Part shown: positions 36,740 to 52,497 of the stretch, in pieces
Layout: every line of letters starts with the position of its first letter
How positions within the stretch are numbered: position 1 is the stretch's first letter
Assembly: GCF_006345805.1 (NCBI RefSeq)
Contig: NC_043016.1
Span: 21,948,001 to 22,012,000, forward strand
Direction: 5' to 3'
DNA length: 64,000 nt
Origin: Octopus sinensis
Lineage: Eukaryota
Notes under the pieces: generated by a model
Seen by the model: the letters and a program-made list of their open reading frames with translations, nothing else
Told to the model about the DNA's origin: nothing
Databases searched by the model: none
Made by a program: the position numbers and the translations under genes

Positions 36740-36932
36740 TAACAATAACAACAACAACATTGAAAAATACGTTAGGAATGAGAGCCCAGGTTCAAAATTT
36801 CCCCAAGACACCTGATGAAGGCTGGAGGGTATATCAGCCGAAGCGTTGTGTTAACAACAAAGAAGATGAGAACAAATATCTGTCAAATGTAAATAATGTA
36901 CATAATTCCTCATCTCTTAAATATAGAACTGT
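36740..36932 (+). mobile_element. Solo hammerhead-containing terminal module (same family as 32420-32560)
   Basis: (aac)n...ggaatgagagcccaggttcaaaatttccccaagacac-CTGATGA-A-GGCTG..CAGCC-GAAG-C-GTT-GTGTT (motif at 36807-36852)...gaacaaatatc. Confidence 0.75.
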
Positions 36933-36956
36933 ATAATAATAATAATAACGATAATA

Positions 36957-39900
36957 TCATCTCCAACACCCACACAACACGTGTAAACATGCTCACTACA
37001 TTACGATCCAATCAACATCGGACCATCTCCATCCCTAACCACTATACACAAAAAATTGAAAAATAAGCTAAATAATACCCATATTATTCAACCCAAGGAT
37101 AACAGATGGGAAGTATGTACTTTAAACTTGTTACACAAAAAGTACGAGAAACTACTACAAAACCATTTACACGAGAAATGAAGATACCAGTTCCCTACAA
37201 AAATGATGACCATCAAAATAAATGGCTGGACATTATTCCACATGTCCCACAAATATGAACATGTGAGGAATGTATTTCAATCCTACATGCTCTACCCACA
37301 GAACGAAAACACAACAACATATACTTATAAAATCAGGAAGAAAAATAACCTAGATAAATATTTGGATACAGCAATGAATCCTAATAAACTAGCTAACATA
37401 CAGAGTTATATTCTAAAAACAAACAAAAAAAATCAGAAAAAGAAATAGAAAACTTAAAAGGAAAAGTACATCAGGAAAACATAGATAGTAACTGCACAAC
37501 ATTGCCAAATAATATCATAAGCACCGGGACTGTAAAACATGAAGACAGACGTAACATGTTTAACAATAATGAAATAAACAATGAAAGACAACAAACCGAG
37601 ATCATAAGAATATATAATTATGAGCAAAATGCACCAAACCAGAGCACCACAGACAAAAATATGAACAGGAGGTAATACGAAACAAATCTAAACCCTGGAA
37701 ACAGTGAAGGTGAAACTAATGATTATGATACTCTAAAATGAGCATAATCAAAGAATTGAAAGCCAGATTCATGTCTTCATGTTTTACAGTCCCAGTGCTT
37801 ATGGAGCACCGATTGTATCTCCCAAAAATTAGAATTAATAATAAAACAACATGAATAATAAATAGTGTGAACCTGGCCGTCACAGAACTAATATCCACAG
37901 AAACAAATGTCAATATGACCAGGCTAAATGATATAATATATGCAGCAGCCTTTGTGGCCACAAAGAAGTTGGATACCCACTAAAGCCCAACCAAACAGGA
38001 GTATCAGCACCCTATGGATAAATAATATCCAGAAAAAATAGAAAATAAGAGAAAGGTTCTGTCAATCCTTAATGAAACTAGTAGATAATCAACACTACTA
38101 AGCAAAAGAAGAGAAGCAAAATACTACGTAAATACAAAATTACAGAGCAAGGTATACCTGAAGTAAAAGAACAGCTAAAGCAAGATATCATCACAAAAGC
38201 ACAAAGAATTTGCCAGTATGAGAAATGCCAACATTTCTTTGAACAAACAAACAGTTCAACTCCAACCAACAAAAGATTCTACCAAGAACTTAGCAAAAAT
38301 AAAATAGAGACCAATGCAGCACCAACAGCAGAAGAAGTGGAAGAATTTTGGAAACAAATATGGTCAACGAAGGAACAACTTCAAAAAAGGTCTATCAAAA
38401 CAACAAACACAGCACCCAAACAACTCTGAACCCCTATAACAACTGAAAAGATCAACCAGGCACTGCAAAAACTAAGCAACTGGAAGGCACCCGGGCACGA
38501 CAAGATCCCCAACTTCTGGTTAAAATACCTAACAGGAACACATAAAAAGCTGGCAGAAAAATTTAATGAAATACTAGCAGAGCCAGAGACAATGTCTGAA
38601 TGGCTCACGGAAGGGAAAACTATCCCAATTCCCAAATCCACTGAAATGGCAAACCCACAAAATGATAGACTGATAACTTGCCTCCCTACAATTTACAAAG
38701 CCTTTACTGCAATGATATCGCAGAGAATGAGCAAGCATCTGGAAGAAAACAACCTGTTTCCAGGAGAGTAGAAGGGATGCTGCAAGGGCTCATATAGCTA
38801 TAAAGATCAGCTACTGATTAATAAAGCTGCAGAAAGAAGACAGCCACAGAAAGAAGAAGGGTCTAAGTATAGCCTGGATTGATTACTGAAAGGCTTTTGG
38901 TAGTATTCCCCACACATGGATCCTAGAAGCACTACCCATGAACAAGGCAGCACAAATAATCATAAAATATATAAGGCATTTCATGAATAAATGGCATGCA
39001 TTGCTACAGCTCCAGACAAAAGAGGAACTCATTAAAACCAAAGCTATCCCCATTAATAATGGGAAGAAGAGGAATATTCCAGGGGAACACACTCTTTCCA
39101 CTCCTTTTCTGCTCGACACTGACACCTTTATCTGACGTGCTAAACAGAACTGGATGTGGATACAACTGTTACAGCAAAACAACCAGCCACTCTTATATAT
39201 GGATAATCCAAAACTGTACGCTACAAATGATAAACAGCTGGAAACATTACTACAGACAGCACATGGGTTTACCAAAGAAATAAACATGAAATTTGGCTTA
39301 GAAAAATGTGCCAAATCAACCTTGAAAAGAGGAAAACTAGTTAAGAGTAGCAACATCACACTAGATAAAGCAAATGAAATAAGAGAATTAGATTGAAGCC
39401 AGACATACAAATACTTAGGAATCAATGAACTAGATATGACACAACACACACAAATGAAAGAGAAGATAAGAAAAGATTAATACTGAAAACAGAGCTCAAT
39501 GCAAAAAACAAGATAGTAAGTATTCAACACCCTAGCTGTCCCAGTTGTAATTAACAGTTACAATATTCTTAACTGGACTCTAAATGAACTAATCAAAATA
39601 GACAGGAAAACAATAAAAATAATGACAGGATTTAGGATGTACCACCCAAAATCTGACATAGAAAGGTTATATATACAACATATCAAAGGTGGTAGAGGCC
39701 TTACACAGCTAGAAAACTATTACAAAATAACCACCATAGGACAACAGAAATACCTACTTTAGAGACAAGAAAAACTAATACAAATAGCCATAAAATATGA
39801 ACAAAATAAAAAACTGTTTTCAGTATTTAAGGAAGCTGAAAAATACAAAAAAGAAGTCATAGTACCTAACAACTATGAAGAAAATTTTAAAAAAAAAACA

Positions 39901-40812
39901 GCAAAAGATGTAAAACAACTGAAAGACAAACTAAAACTGGAACAGCAATGGATCATGATAAAACGATGGAAAGAAAAGCCCCTTCATGGCAAATATTGGA
40001 TTATGATAAATAGAAAAGAAATAGAGAAAGCAAAATCCCAACAATGGTCGAGAAGCTCTGGACTCAGACAAAGATTTTTAATTGCAGCACAAAACCAAAG
40101 CCTTCCCACCAAAAATTACCAAAAACATGTAATGAAAAGAAATACAAGTAAGTTCAGAATAAGTGGAGGTGGACAACAAACAATAAGTCATATTGTCTCT
40201 GGCTACCCAGTCCTGGCTATGAAGGAATATATTCAGACATGAAGTTCAGATCTATATACACTGGAAACTATGCTAACACTATGGAATAACAACAGAAAAA
40301 AGATGGTATAGGCACATGCTAGAAAAGGTCACAGAAAATGAGAAAGCAACCATATTATGGGATATGCCAAAGCACACAGGTAGAGAAATTAAGGCCAATA
40401 GGGTAGATATAGTTGTCAGAGATCACCAAAAAGAATGCTTTCTAATTGATGTATCAATACCAACAGATGACAATGTTTCTCTAAAAGAAAAGGAGAAACT
40501 TTCAAAATACAAAGATCTGGAAATAGAGGTAACTTGAATGTGGAAACGGAAACAATTCCTATCATAAGTAGGTGCATTAGGTATGATAAAAAAATATTCA
40601 AATACATAACAAAAACACCAGGACTAACAAATATATATAATATACAGAAAATAGCACTACTAGACACGGCACACATCCTATGTAAAACACTTTCAATACA
40701 CTAAAAATAAGAGCATCACAACAAACCACAGCATTGTGCTCAATTGTGCAGTGAAACCACATGATAAAAATAAGACTACTGAAAAATGATAATAATAATG
40801 ATGATAATGATT
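36957..40812 (+). mobile_element. R4/Dong-clade non-LTR retrotransposon, near full-length, decayed, in (TAA)n
   Basis: WKAPGHDKIPNFWLK, KDQLLI, GIFQGN, LYMDN, FGLEKCA, RLE region ILWD...NRVDIVV...LIDVSIP..D.N...KE.EK..KYKDL; TAA repeats on both flanks. Confidence 0.9.
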
Positions 40813-41360
40813 TAAACGTAATTTTGGCTAGACCGAGGTACAGTAAAAGATCTGATGGTATGACAACTTTTCCATTCCATGAGAGTAGGCTCCCTCATCC
40901 TAGATGCCACATGTGACACCTTCTCCAGTGGCCATCAGGCCAAGAGCAAACTGCCAAAGTATAAGCTGCTCTCTCACAGGTTTTTGGTAAAGTCTGTAGT
41001 TATGAAGACCTCTGGCATTTTCAGCCCCCAGACCAATCCCTGCTCACTGCTATCAAGGCAGAGATGGCTATCCACAAGAGTGAGTCCCGTGAGTCATAGT
41101 GCATCTTCCTCACCATCCTCCAGGGCAATGCCTTTTCCATTTTGTCTACTGGGACCATGAGGCAGATTGACAAGGCTTTTTAGATATTGCTTGTTACTTT
41201 CTGTTGATGTCTGACATCATTGTTTTATTAAAACAATTTTAAGTTGAAATATAAATAAATTAATTTTTAGAAGGTTTACTAAAAACAACTGAAATTTTAA
41301 CAGTATTATTACATGTTTTTCAGCATCTGAATGCAGCCAAATCCTTTATAAATTACTCCA

Positions 41361-41554
41361 ATGGGTTAAAATGTTCCTATGAATAAATGCTGTCAATATC
41401 AACTACACTGGCACCTTCATCAGAGTATAACATCTAAGCTGTATGCTGATTGGCTAAAACGTTTCTATGAAGAAAGCACTGTCAATGTCAACTGCATTGC
41501 CATGCTCATCAAACCATGACATCTAAGTCACATGGTGATTGGTTAAAATATTGC
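41361..41554 (+). repeat. Diverged ~89-bp tandem repeat, ~2.3 copies
   Basis: tgtcaat.tcaact.ca...catctaag...tgattgg.taaaa repeated. Confidence 0.7.
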
Positions 41555-41844
41555 TTGTAAGATTGAGGTTGCTGGAACTGATTGGAAGGTATTTAAAGGA
41601 CAAATTCAGTTATTTCCCTACAGTTTTCAATTGTGAAGCACAACTGTCTGTTTATATTACTACTACGTAAACCTGAAGATTGTGGAAAGCATGAAAGTAC
41701 TTGCAATATTGTAAAATTGTAAAAAATAGAAAATAAAACTTAAAAAATCAGTCCATGTTAGAATTTCATTGACTATTATACTTATCTGTGTACAATCATG
41801 CAAACTTGTAGGTATGTGTGTGTGTACATATATATATATATATG

Positions 41845-44565
41845 GATGCCAAAAAGCAGACCAATCTGGAAAAGAAGGACTTGAAAGCTCAAGAACCCCA
41901 CGTGGTCAAAGATTGAGAGAAATCTTTACCAAGAAATTTGATGAGAGGGTGGAGGAGCTTCAGTCTTGTGACATAGAAAGCAGCTGGGAATTCCTGCGAG
42001 ACAGCTTGCTGAGTGCTACAGACCAAATTTGTGGCTGGTGCAAAGTCCCTTCCAGACTTAGGGTAACATAGTGGTGGAACAATACTGAAGACAGGCTATT
42101 AGAGCAAAGAAACAGACCTGGAAGAGTGTGGGTAGCAGAGGACTGTATCAGATAGGCAAAAGGGAAGCTAGGAGGCAAGCATATATAGCCAAGGGAGTAG
42201 CAGAAAAGAAGTAGTTTGCCAATGTTCAGTGATGTGAGGAGCAAAGAACTGAAATATTTCAGATTGCATGACACAGTGTGAGAGAAAACCAGAGAGTCAT
42301 AGGGGAGAAATGTGTCTGCATGTATGATGGTGCCCTTGCATTTAATGATTCTGCAGAGAAAGAGGCTTGGAGATGCCATTATGAAAGACTGCTGAATGTG
42401 GAGAATGAACGGGTTGAGGAGAGTCTGCCAAAGGTTGACTTAATTGAGGGACCAGCTACTTGAATCAACAGTACCTTTGTAGATAATGCAATTAAGTATA
42501 TGGAGACAGGGAAAGCACCTGGTCCATCAGGAATCACTGCTGTGATGCTTAAAACATTGGGCAGTGTGGGTTATGGAATTGTCACTCACATCATAAATTA
42601 GGTAGTTCATGAAAGAGTCATACCCAATGACTGGAGTAGAAGCACCATAGTTAACTGCTACAAGGGTAAAGGTAATGGTTTAAGGTATCAAATTATTGGA
42701 TCAGGTGATGAAAGTTACAGAGAGGATCATAGTCCAACTAATTATGGAGAGAGTTAGCCTAGATGAGATGCAGTTTAGTTTTGTGCCAGGGAGAAGCACC
42801 ACTGATGCTAAATTCCTGGTAAGGCAACTGCAGGAGAAATATCCAGCCAAAGATTATCTTCTGTACTTGGCTTTTGTTGACTTGGAGAAAGCCTTTGACA
42901 GGGTCCCCTGATCCCTTATCTGGTGGTCAATCTGGAAACTGGGGATAGACAAGTGGTTGGTAACAACTATACAAGTCCTGTACAGGGATGTTGTCAGTAA
43001 GGTGAGGGTTGGCAACGAGTATAGTGAAGAACACCAAGTAGAAGTGGGGGTTCACCAAGGATCAATCCTCAGCTCCCTTTTATTCATCATGGTCCTCCAG
43101 GCAATAACAGAGGAATTCAAAACATGCTGCCCCTGGGAGCTCCTCTATGTTGATGACCTTGCTCTAATAGCCAAGTCAGTGCCATAACTAGAAACAAAGT
43201 TTAGGATGTGGAAGCAAGGTCTAGAACCGAAGGACCTTAGAGTTAACCTAGCTAAAACCAAAGTCTTAAGTAGGAAGGCAAACAAATCACAAACCCCTTC
43301 AGGTAGATGGCCCTGCTCGATCTGTAGAAAAGGCATGGATAGAAACTCCATATGATGTACCTGGTGTAAGCTATGGACACATAAGAGGTGCAGCAATATC
43401 AAAGGAAGGTTAACCGGAAAGATAGTTTTTGTGTGTGGCAGATGCACAGGGGTAATAAACAGTGATGAGGTTCAGAAAACAGATTCCATGACATGCCAGG
43501 GAGTAAACCTAGGACTAATTGATAGCTACTGCTACCTAGGCCACCAAGTCTGTAGTGGGGTCGGTTGCTCTGAGAGTGTAGCAATTAGAATAAGAATAGC
43601 CTGAGCAAAGTTCAGGGAGCTCCTACCTCTGCTGGCAACTCAATCAGGATGAAAGGTAGACTGTATGATGCATCTGTGCGAACAGCCATGCTACACAGCA
43701 GTGAAACACAGGCCATGACTGCTGAGGACATGCGTAGGCTTAAAAGAAATGAAGCTAGTATGATCCTCTGGCTGTGTAATGTCAGTGTGCATACACAACA
43801 GAGTGTGTGTGCCCTGAGAGAAAAGTTGAACATAAGAAGTATCAAATGTGGTGTGCAAGAGAGACGACTGGGCTGGTATAGTTATGTTATGTATGGTTTC
43901 AGACAGCTGTGTGAAGAAGTGCCACATCCTAACTATGATAGGATCCTATGAAAGAGGTAGACCCAGCAAGATATGGGATGAGGTGGTGAAGCATGATCTT
44001 CAAACGTTGGGCCTCACAGAGGCAATGACAGGAGACTGGGACCTTTGGAGATATGCTGTGATTGAGAAGACCTGGCGACTAAAGTGAGATTGCAGCTGGA
44101 CAATATGACATGCTTGAGAAGACCAGTTGAGTCAAGTAAAAGCAAGATCATAGCTGTGGCCATTGCTCTCTGACTGGCACCCATTACAGTGGCACATAAA
44201 ATGCATCAGCCAAACATGATCAATGACAGGTCCATCTGAGAGGCTCTCATGCTAGTGGCACATAAAAAAGCACCATCTGAACATGGCCAATACCAGTACC
44301 CACTGACTAGCTGGTGACATTTAAAAAGCACTATCTGAACGTGACTGATGCCAAACTCGTTTGACTAGCTCCTGTGCTGGTAGCGCATAAAATGCACACA
44401 CTACACTCTCAGAATAGTTAGCATTACTAAGGGCATCTAGCTGTAGAAACATTGCCAGATCAGATTGGATCCTGGTGCAGCTGCTGGCTCTCCAGACTGC
44501 TGACAAACTGTCCACCCATGCCAGCATGGAAAATGGACGTTAAACGATGATGATGATGATGATGA

Positions 44566-44568
<3 letters not shown>
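41845..44568 (+). mobile_element. RTE LINE (PHD-containing family), 5'-truncated
   Basis: Same extent and motifs as 6712-9405: MQFSFVPGRST, DLEKAFDRVP, LLYVDDL, PHD segment, 3' UTR, (GAT)n. Confidence 0.9.
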
Positions 44569-44604
<36 letters not shown>

Positions 44605-44859
44605 TATATAGATATAAATATTTATATATATGTACAGAGGATGTTCTGAAGAGGGTGATTGCATTTGAGATAAGTGGAACATGAAAGTGAGGTAGACTGA
44701 GATTGGGAGGGTTGGTTTGAAAAAGGAGGATGCTCAAAACTGGGCAAGATGACGAGATAGTGTGAGGGCAGTTGCTATGACATTGTGGTAGATCCAGCCA
44801 ACCCTGTTAATGGGGACAAAACCCGGATTTAAAACACTGGATGTTGAGGATATATATCA

Positions 44860-45570
44860 TCATCATCATCATCATCATTATCATTTAACGTCTGCTTTCC
44901 ATGCTAGCATGGGTCGGATGGTTTGACTGAGGACTGGTGAGCCAGAAGGCTATACCAGGCTCCAATCTGATCTGGCAAAGTTTCTACAGCTGGATGCCCT
45001 TCCTAACACCAACCACTCCAAGAGTGTAGTGGGTGCTTTTACGTGCCACCGACACAAGGGCCAGTCAGGCGGTACTGGCAATAGCTATGCTCAAATGGTG
45101 TTTTTTACGTGCCACCTGCACAGGAGCCAGTTTGTGGCACTGGCAACAACCACGCTTGAATGTTGTTTTTCACATGCCACCGACACATGTGCCAGTAAGA
45201 TGATGCTGGCAACAATCATGCTCAAATGGTGCTTTTAATGTGCCCCCAGCATGGGAGCCAATCAGCAGGCCTGGCAACAATCATGCTCAGATGATGCTTT
45301 TAACGTTCCACTGGCACAAGTGCCAATCAGGCAGTATTGTCATTGGCCACATCAGTGATTTTGATTTCACTTGCCTCAACACGTCTTTGCAAGCAAAGTT
45401 TATTGTCCAATGAATGAAGGGTACTCATAAATGGGCTGGTTATACACCAATGGCATAGGCCATGGGTTATGTTGTCACTTGGCTTGTCGGGTCTTCTCAA
45501 GCACAGCATATCTCCAAAAGTATTGGTCACTAGGCATTGCCTCGGTGAGGCCCAATGTCCGAAGGTCGTG
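44860..45570 (-). mobile_element. RTE 3' UTR fragment
   Basis: (cat)n + tttaacgtctgctttccatgctagc...ggatgcccttcctaacaccaacc. Confidence 0.85.
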
Positions 45571-45627
45571 ATATATATATACACACACACACACATATGC
45601 ATGCATGTATGCATGCATACATACGTG

Positions 45628-45658
<31 letters not shown>

Positions 45659-47479
45659 ACAAACAAACAAAAAAACCCTGTTGTTGATGTTGAAATTCTA
45701 ATGAAGAAGTCTTGGATCTAGGTTAGAAACCAGTTCTTTCTCTATTGGGAAGAAATCTTGAAATAAACTGAATAACGACATACATACATACATGTATGCA
45801 TGAGTGCATGCATGCATGCATGCATCCATCTATCCCTACATACATACATACATACATACATACATACATCATCAGCTTTATCTTGTATTCGAGAATTTAG
45901 TTTCTTCTTCACTGAACACTTCCTTTATGTTGATGCTGTTGATGTCTCTGTAGACCAATTCTTGCATAGAAGAGTCGATGGCATGCATGGAAGTGTTGGT
46001 GGTGGACAAGGCTGATTTTATCAACCCTTTCTCTCCTGGAGTTAAAAGTAAGCAACAAAACAGGGAGCGTTCTATTTCCTTCAGAAGAATGTTTGTCCTT
46101 ATCTATAAAAGGTGTGGGTAGAAATTCCGTGTCATATATCCATTGTAATGTATGGAAACACAAAAAGTGCAATGAAATCACAAGAGATGCAATGGAAGGT
46201 TAACAGAGAAAATAGACTTTGTAAGTGGTAGATATTCAGGAGCAATATGCATTAAGAATATAGAGGAAATAGATTCAGTTGTATACTACCTCCAACAAGG
46301 CTCTCCACTTAGTACCTCTCATTACATCTTGTTTGTCTCACTTTGCTTTCTCCCTCTTTTCCTCTTATTCAGTGTATTAACTCCTAGATTCCCCATCTCA
46401 TCTCCTACAATGTTGTTGTTTAGTCTTCTGTTAGATTAGACCCGGCAGACTTTTCATGAAATTCTATATTTTATTTAATATAACATTTGTAGGATTATAT
46501 TAAATGAGTCCTCTCTTCTTATGTAATATATATGGTAGAGTATCATTGAAAGAAGTGGTATGATGTGTATGAGTATATGTCAAATGGGGAAAGATTCCTC
46601 TCCAACCTAGTCTAGTGCACCCTTTCTGACCCCTCTCCTTTAGACTTTCTGTCTATAATCATCCTTATAATGTAGGATTGTCCCAGACACAACTCATCTC
46701 TACACAACTCACCCTATCATCTTTTCACTTTCTCCCCTTTTTTCTCAATAACCCCTGTCACTAATCCCTTCTCTTTCTCCTGATTCTCACATACCCCACC
46801 CAACATCAAGAGACTACTCCACATCTCTGTTACTCTTTCCACTATTATACTCTGCAACTAGAAATCTGTTAATCTCATCTTCCTCATTTTTTATCTCTCC
46901 ACCAAGAACCATTGTCCTCTTGCCTTCGCTTTCTACTATTTTTCTTCAGTTATAGGAGGAACTTCTGGCCATAAAAAAAATGTGCCTAGTGTTCTCTGTA
47001 AAGTACTTAGTGTCAGGAAGAATATCCCACTATGGAAATCATACTAAAGTAAGCACTAAGGCCTAACACAGTCCTCCAACAAATTGGATCTTGTCAAACC
47101 ATCCAAACCATATGTGCATGGAAGCTGGACATGACTGATGACGAGGATGATAATAGTGTGATTTAAAGAAGTTTGATCTGATATTTCATAAAGCCATCTT
47201 CATCAGCTTATATATGCTCAACCTGACAGTCAACCATATAAATTTCACCAGTCTTGAAGTGGTGGTGGGTCTTCTAAAAATTATGGCCACTGGCTCTTTA
47301 TCCTGATTAGAGCTACAAAATATAAGAGGGTGAAATGAAATGTACACAAACACTCTTTGTGTAATATTATGAAGTTAAAAGTTATGCTAAGAACAATGTC
47401 AGCCTCAAGGGCTACATGATATCACTAAAATATAGCATTCATTTACATTCATCCATCTCCCTAATCCACTATTTTTGCA

Positions 47480-47700
47480 AACATCACAGAGATAGAGTCA
47501 ACAGGCACTTCCACTACTGGGTCATATCAAAAGTAACTGTCTTTACACTTTCTGGAAGAATACCCAAGTGTGATCAACTGAAACCATGGATATTATCGAA
47601 CCATCTTGTTCTTGATCTACTCCTAGGTCTCCTGACAGCTGGTTCAGCTTCAAGAATCCATATTGTAATTCTTTCATGTGGTATTCTAAATCAAATTTCT
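47480..47700 (-). mobile_element. Old LINE C-terminal fragment (RTE-like)
   Basis: RIPHERITIWILEAEPAVRRPRSRSRTRWFDNI. Confidence 0.55.
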
Positions 47701-47849
47701 GTAAATTTACAATGGAGACAAACACAAAATATTGTTTATATGGGTGTTATTATTATCATTATTGTTGCTGTCATACATAAATTATTGTGCAAAACATTTT
47801 GTGTTGGAGATTTTAATTTTTCAGTTTCATACTAATGTCATTTTCAGAT

Positions 47850-49705
<1,856 letters not shown>

Positions 49706-50372
49706 ATAACATTTTATTGATATGATATTGATCAGTGATCGAACCAATCCAAATATAGTATATTTATAAACATTAGAAAAGAATCTTTAGCCTCTCACTA
49801 ACGTCCATCTCAAATATTTAGATATTTTCAATTAACTTTAAGTTTGGAAGTAAAGGTTCCACATTTAAATCTGTTCTGGCACTTACGTGCACATTCAGTA
49901 ATAAAGACTCTTTATAACAAATGGAGATCAAACTGATCAAAATGTAATGCTGACGTAAATATTGGAAAATATTTTAACTCCAGAGATGAGGTTGATATTT
50001 TGAAAAATTATAATCTTATTTAGTTGACCCAAACATTGAGACATTTAATTCTTGTGCAAAACAAAAAAAAAACAAAAACATCTTTTTACACATGACTCCA
50101 CTTGACTTGAACTTCAAAAGCAAAAAGGAAAAAAGAAAAAAATCGAGGGATGACAGTTTTCTTAATAAAAAAAAAAAAATTAGTTCTGTTTCTTTGTGAC
50201 ATACACTAGAAATAAAAATGTAAACAACATATTTTTGCAGGTGGGGGTATAGTCACTTAGATCATACTTAATTGTTACTTTTTTTGTCAGGCCTTGAGAG
50301 TACGAATGGCAAAGTTGATCCTAACAAGATACAGAATGTAACTAAATACCACTCTACTCTTTCTACTGCTTT

Positions 50373-50426
<54 letters not shown>

Positions 50427-50678
50427 TATGATAAATGGTAATAATTTAAGCACAAGGCCAGCAATTTTTTAGGGGAAGGGGTTAGTTGATACAATCAGCA
50501 TCAGTAATTAGATTTAGCTTGTATTTTCTTTTGTCATTCTCAAAGAGATGAAAGATAACATTGACATTGGTGATATTTGAACTCAGAATGTAAAGAGTAA
50601 GAAGAACTATGACAAGACATTTTTTTCCATTGATAGAATGATTCTACCAATTCATCACCCTCAATAATTATAATGATG

Positions 50679-50740
<62 letters not shown>

Positions 50741-50759
50741 GATGATGATGATGATGATT

Positions 50760-50935
50760 CCAAATTTTGGCACAAAGCCAGCAATTACAAGGATGTGGGT
50801 AAGTTGATTACATTGGCCCCAGTGTTCAACTGGTACTTATTTTACCAACCCTGAAAGGATGGAAGGCAAAGTTGACCATGGCAGAATTTGAACTCAGAGC
50901 ATGAAGACAGATGTAATGCCAGCATTTTTACCCAG
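50760..50935 (-). mobile_element. SINE family 3, decayed copy
   Basis: ctggtacttattttaccaaccctgaaaggatggaaggcaaagttgacc...aatttgaactc matches 14340-14410. Confidence 0.75.
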
Positions 50936-51205
50936 CAAATAATAATAATAATGATGATGATGATGGTGATGATGATGATGATGATAATGATAATTTTTTT
51001 GTCATGAACACAGCCTTATTTAAATTCATCAGAGAGGAGTATAGCTGGTTATATCCATCTACTTAGTCACTCATCTATCTATCTGTCCATTTTGCTAAGT
51101 ATTTCTGTCTCTCTAGTTTTCTCACTTTTCACTGATCAATTGATTTCTTTCTCTATCTATGTGTGTGTGTATGCACACACACACACACACACATGCATCT
51201 ACACG

Positions 51206-51243
<38 letters not shown>

Positions 51244-51524
51244 ACCGTATTTTTGATTATCTAGCATCTTACCAATATATCTTTTAGTATTTTCAGTATA
51301 TCCCTCTCTTCCTATATCTACCTATTTTCTACAGTCAGCTGTGTGTATCACTAGGAAACTGTCTGTATATTCTCACCTTCTGTATATTTGACTGCTTCTA
51401 TTTCTGTCTGTCTACTCTACACATATCCACCCATCCATACAGATATTTTACATCATTCCATACATCACTTTCTATATACAGACTTCTTTAATTTAGAAAA
51501 TTCTAACAAGGGTGAACTGACTAT

Positions 51525-52261
51525 TCAACTTATCGCTATTCCTGGTTGAATACCACTGAGAAAAAGTGAAGCAGTACAGCAGAGTATAGTAGTGAAAAAC
51601 ATCAAGTGTTCTTGTGGTTCCTTCTGTTTCACAGCTGAGCATGTTGCCATCTTCATAGTGACACTTACATAAACTGGCTCCTTCATATCTTTTACAAATG
51701 GCACCACAAAATCATTACCTACAGGAAACAATATTGATTCAATCTCATTTTCACTGTTTTCCGAAAATCTTACAGTCATCGTCTCATTATTATCATCAGA
51801 ATCAGTTAAGAACCAAAGAGCTCCGTAATTTTTTGCTATGAATTCATTCTTGCCAACAGGTCTCAGGCTTAATTTACCATATCTGCCAAATTCTATGTTT
51901 AGTTTTTGGCTGGTCTGATTGAGAAAAACTGTAATATTTCCAAAACCTCTATGACAAAACAAACCCAAAAAGTCTTTGGCTGGTCGATGAAGATGTACGG
52001 TTTTTTTAGGTTGTACATGAGATGTCTTAGCAACTGTATACCAAGGTTTAGGGTATGAGCAAGAGGTACTTGTGTTTAACCAAGGTTTCTCACCAAGAAG
52101 AATATCAGAACCTCTCCAAGCCAATGATTTTAATCCATAGCGATGATTACTTCCAAGTGGCCCGTTTATTGCAACAAAAATACCTGCATTTATATCAGGA
52201 AAGAGATGGAGCATTGAAGAATAAGGTGGAATTAGACCTGAATGCCAAAGCCTGTTGTAAC
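51525..52261 (-). CDS. Beta-lactamase/PBP-like serine hydrolase, terminal exon (HSG triad, C-terminal domain, hydrophobic tail)
   Basis: Acceptor ttttcag|GT at 52263/52261; split Gly codon then YNRLWHSGLIPPYSSMLHLFPDINAGIFVAING...FLGLFCHRGFGNITV...LMFFTTILCCTASLFL...; TGA at 51525-51527. Confidence 0.9.
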
Positions 52262-52497
52262 CTGAAAAGGAAATAAAATTAAGAATTAATTTTTACAGTA
52301 GCATGTCAAAAATGAATTCCTTTAACCATATTTCTAAAGCTATCATGAATAAAATTGATTTTTTTCTTTTGTCCAAATGATTGTTTTTACAATGACTAAG
52401 GCTTAACAATACCAGTCTTACCATCATCAAAATATTAGGAAAGTTTTTTTGCAATCATCTTCTTAATTAAGAAAACAAAATAATATTCATACACATA

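Noticed and set aside
47416-47835. 139-aa plus-strand ORF as a host exon
   Set aside because: No recognisable domain; the opposite strand encodes a LINE C-terminal remnant.
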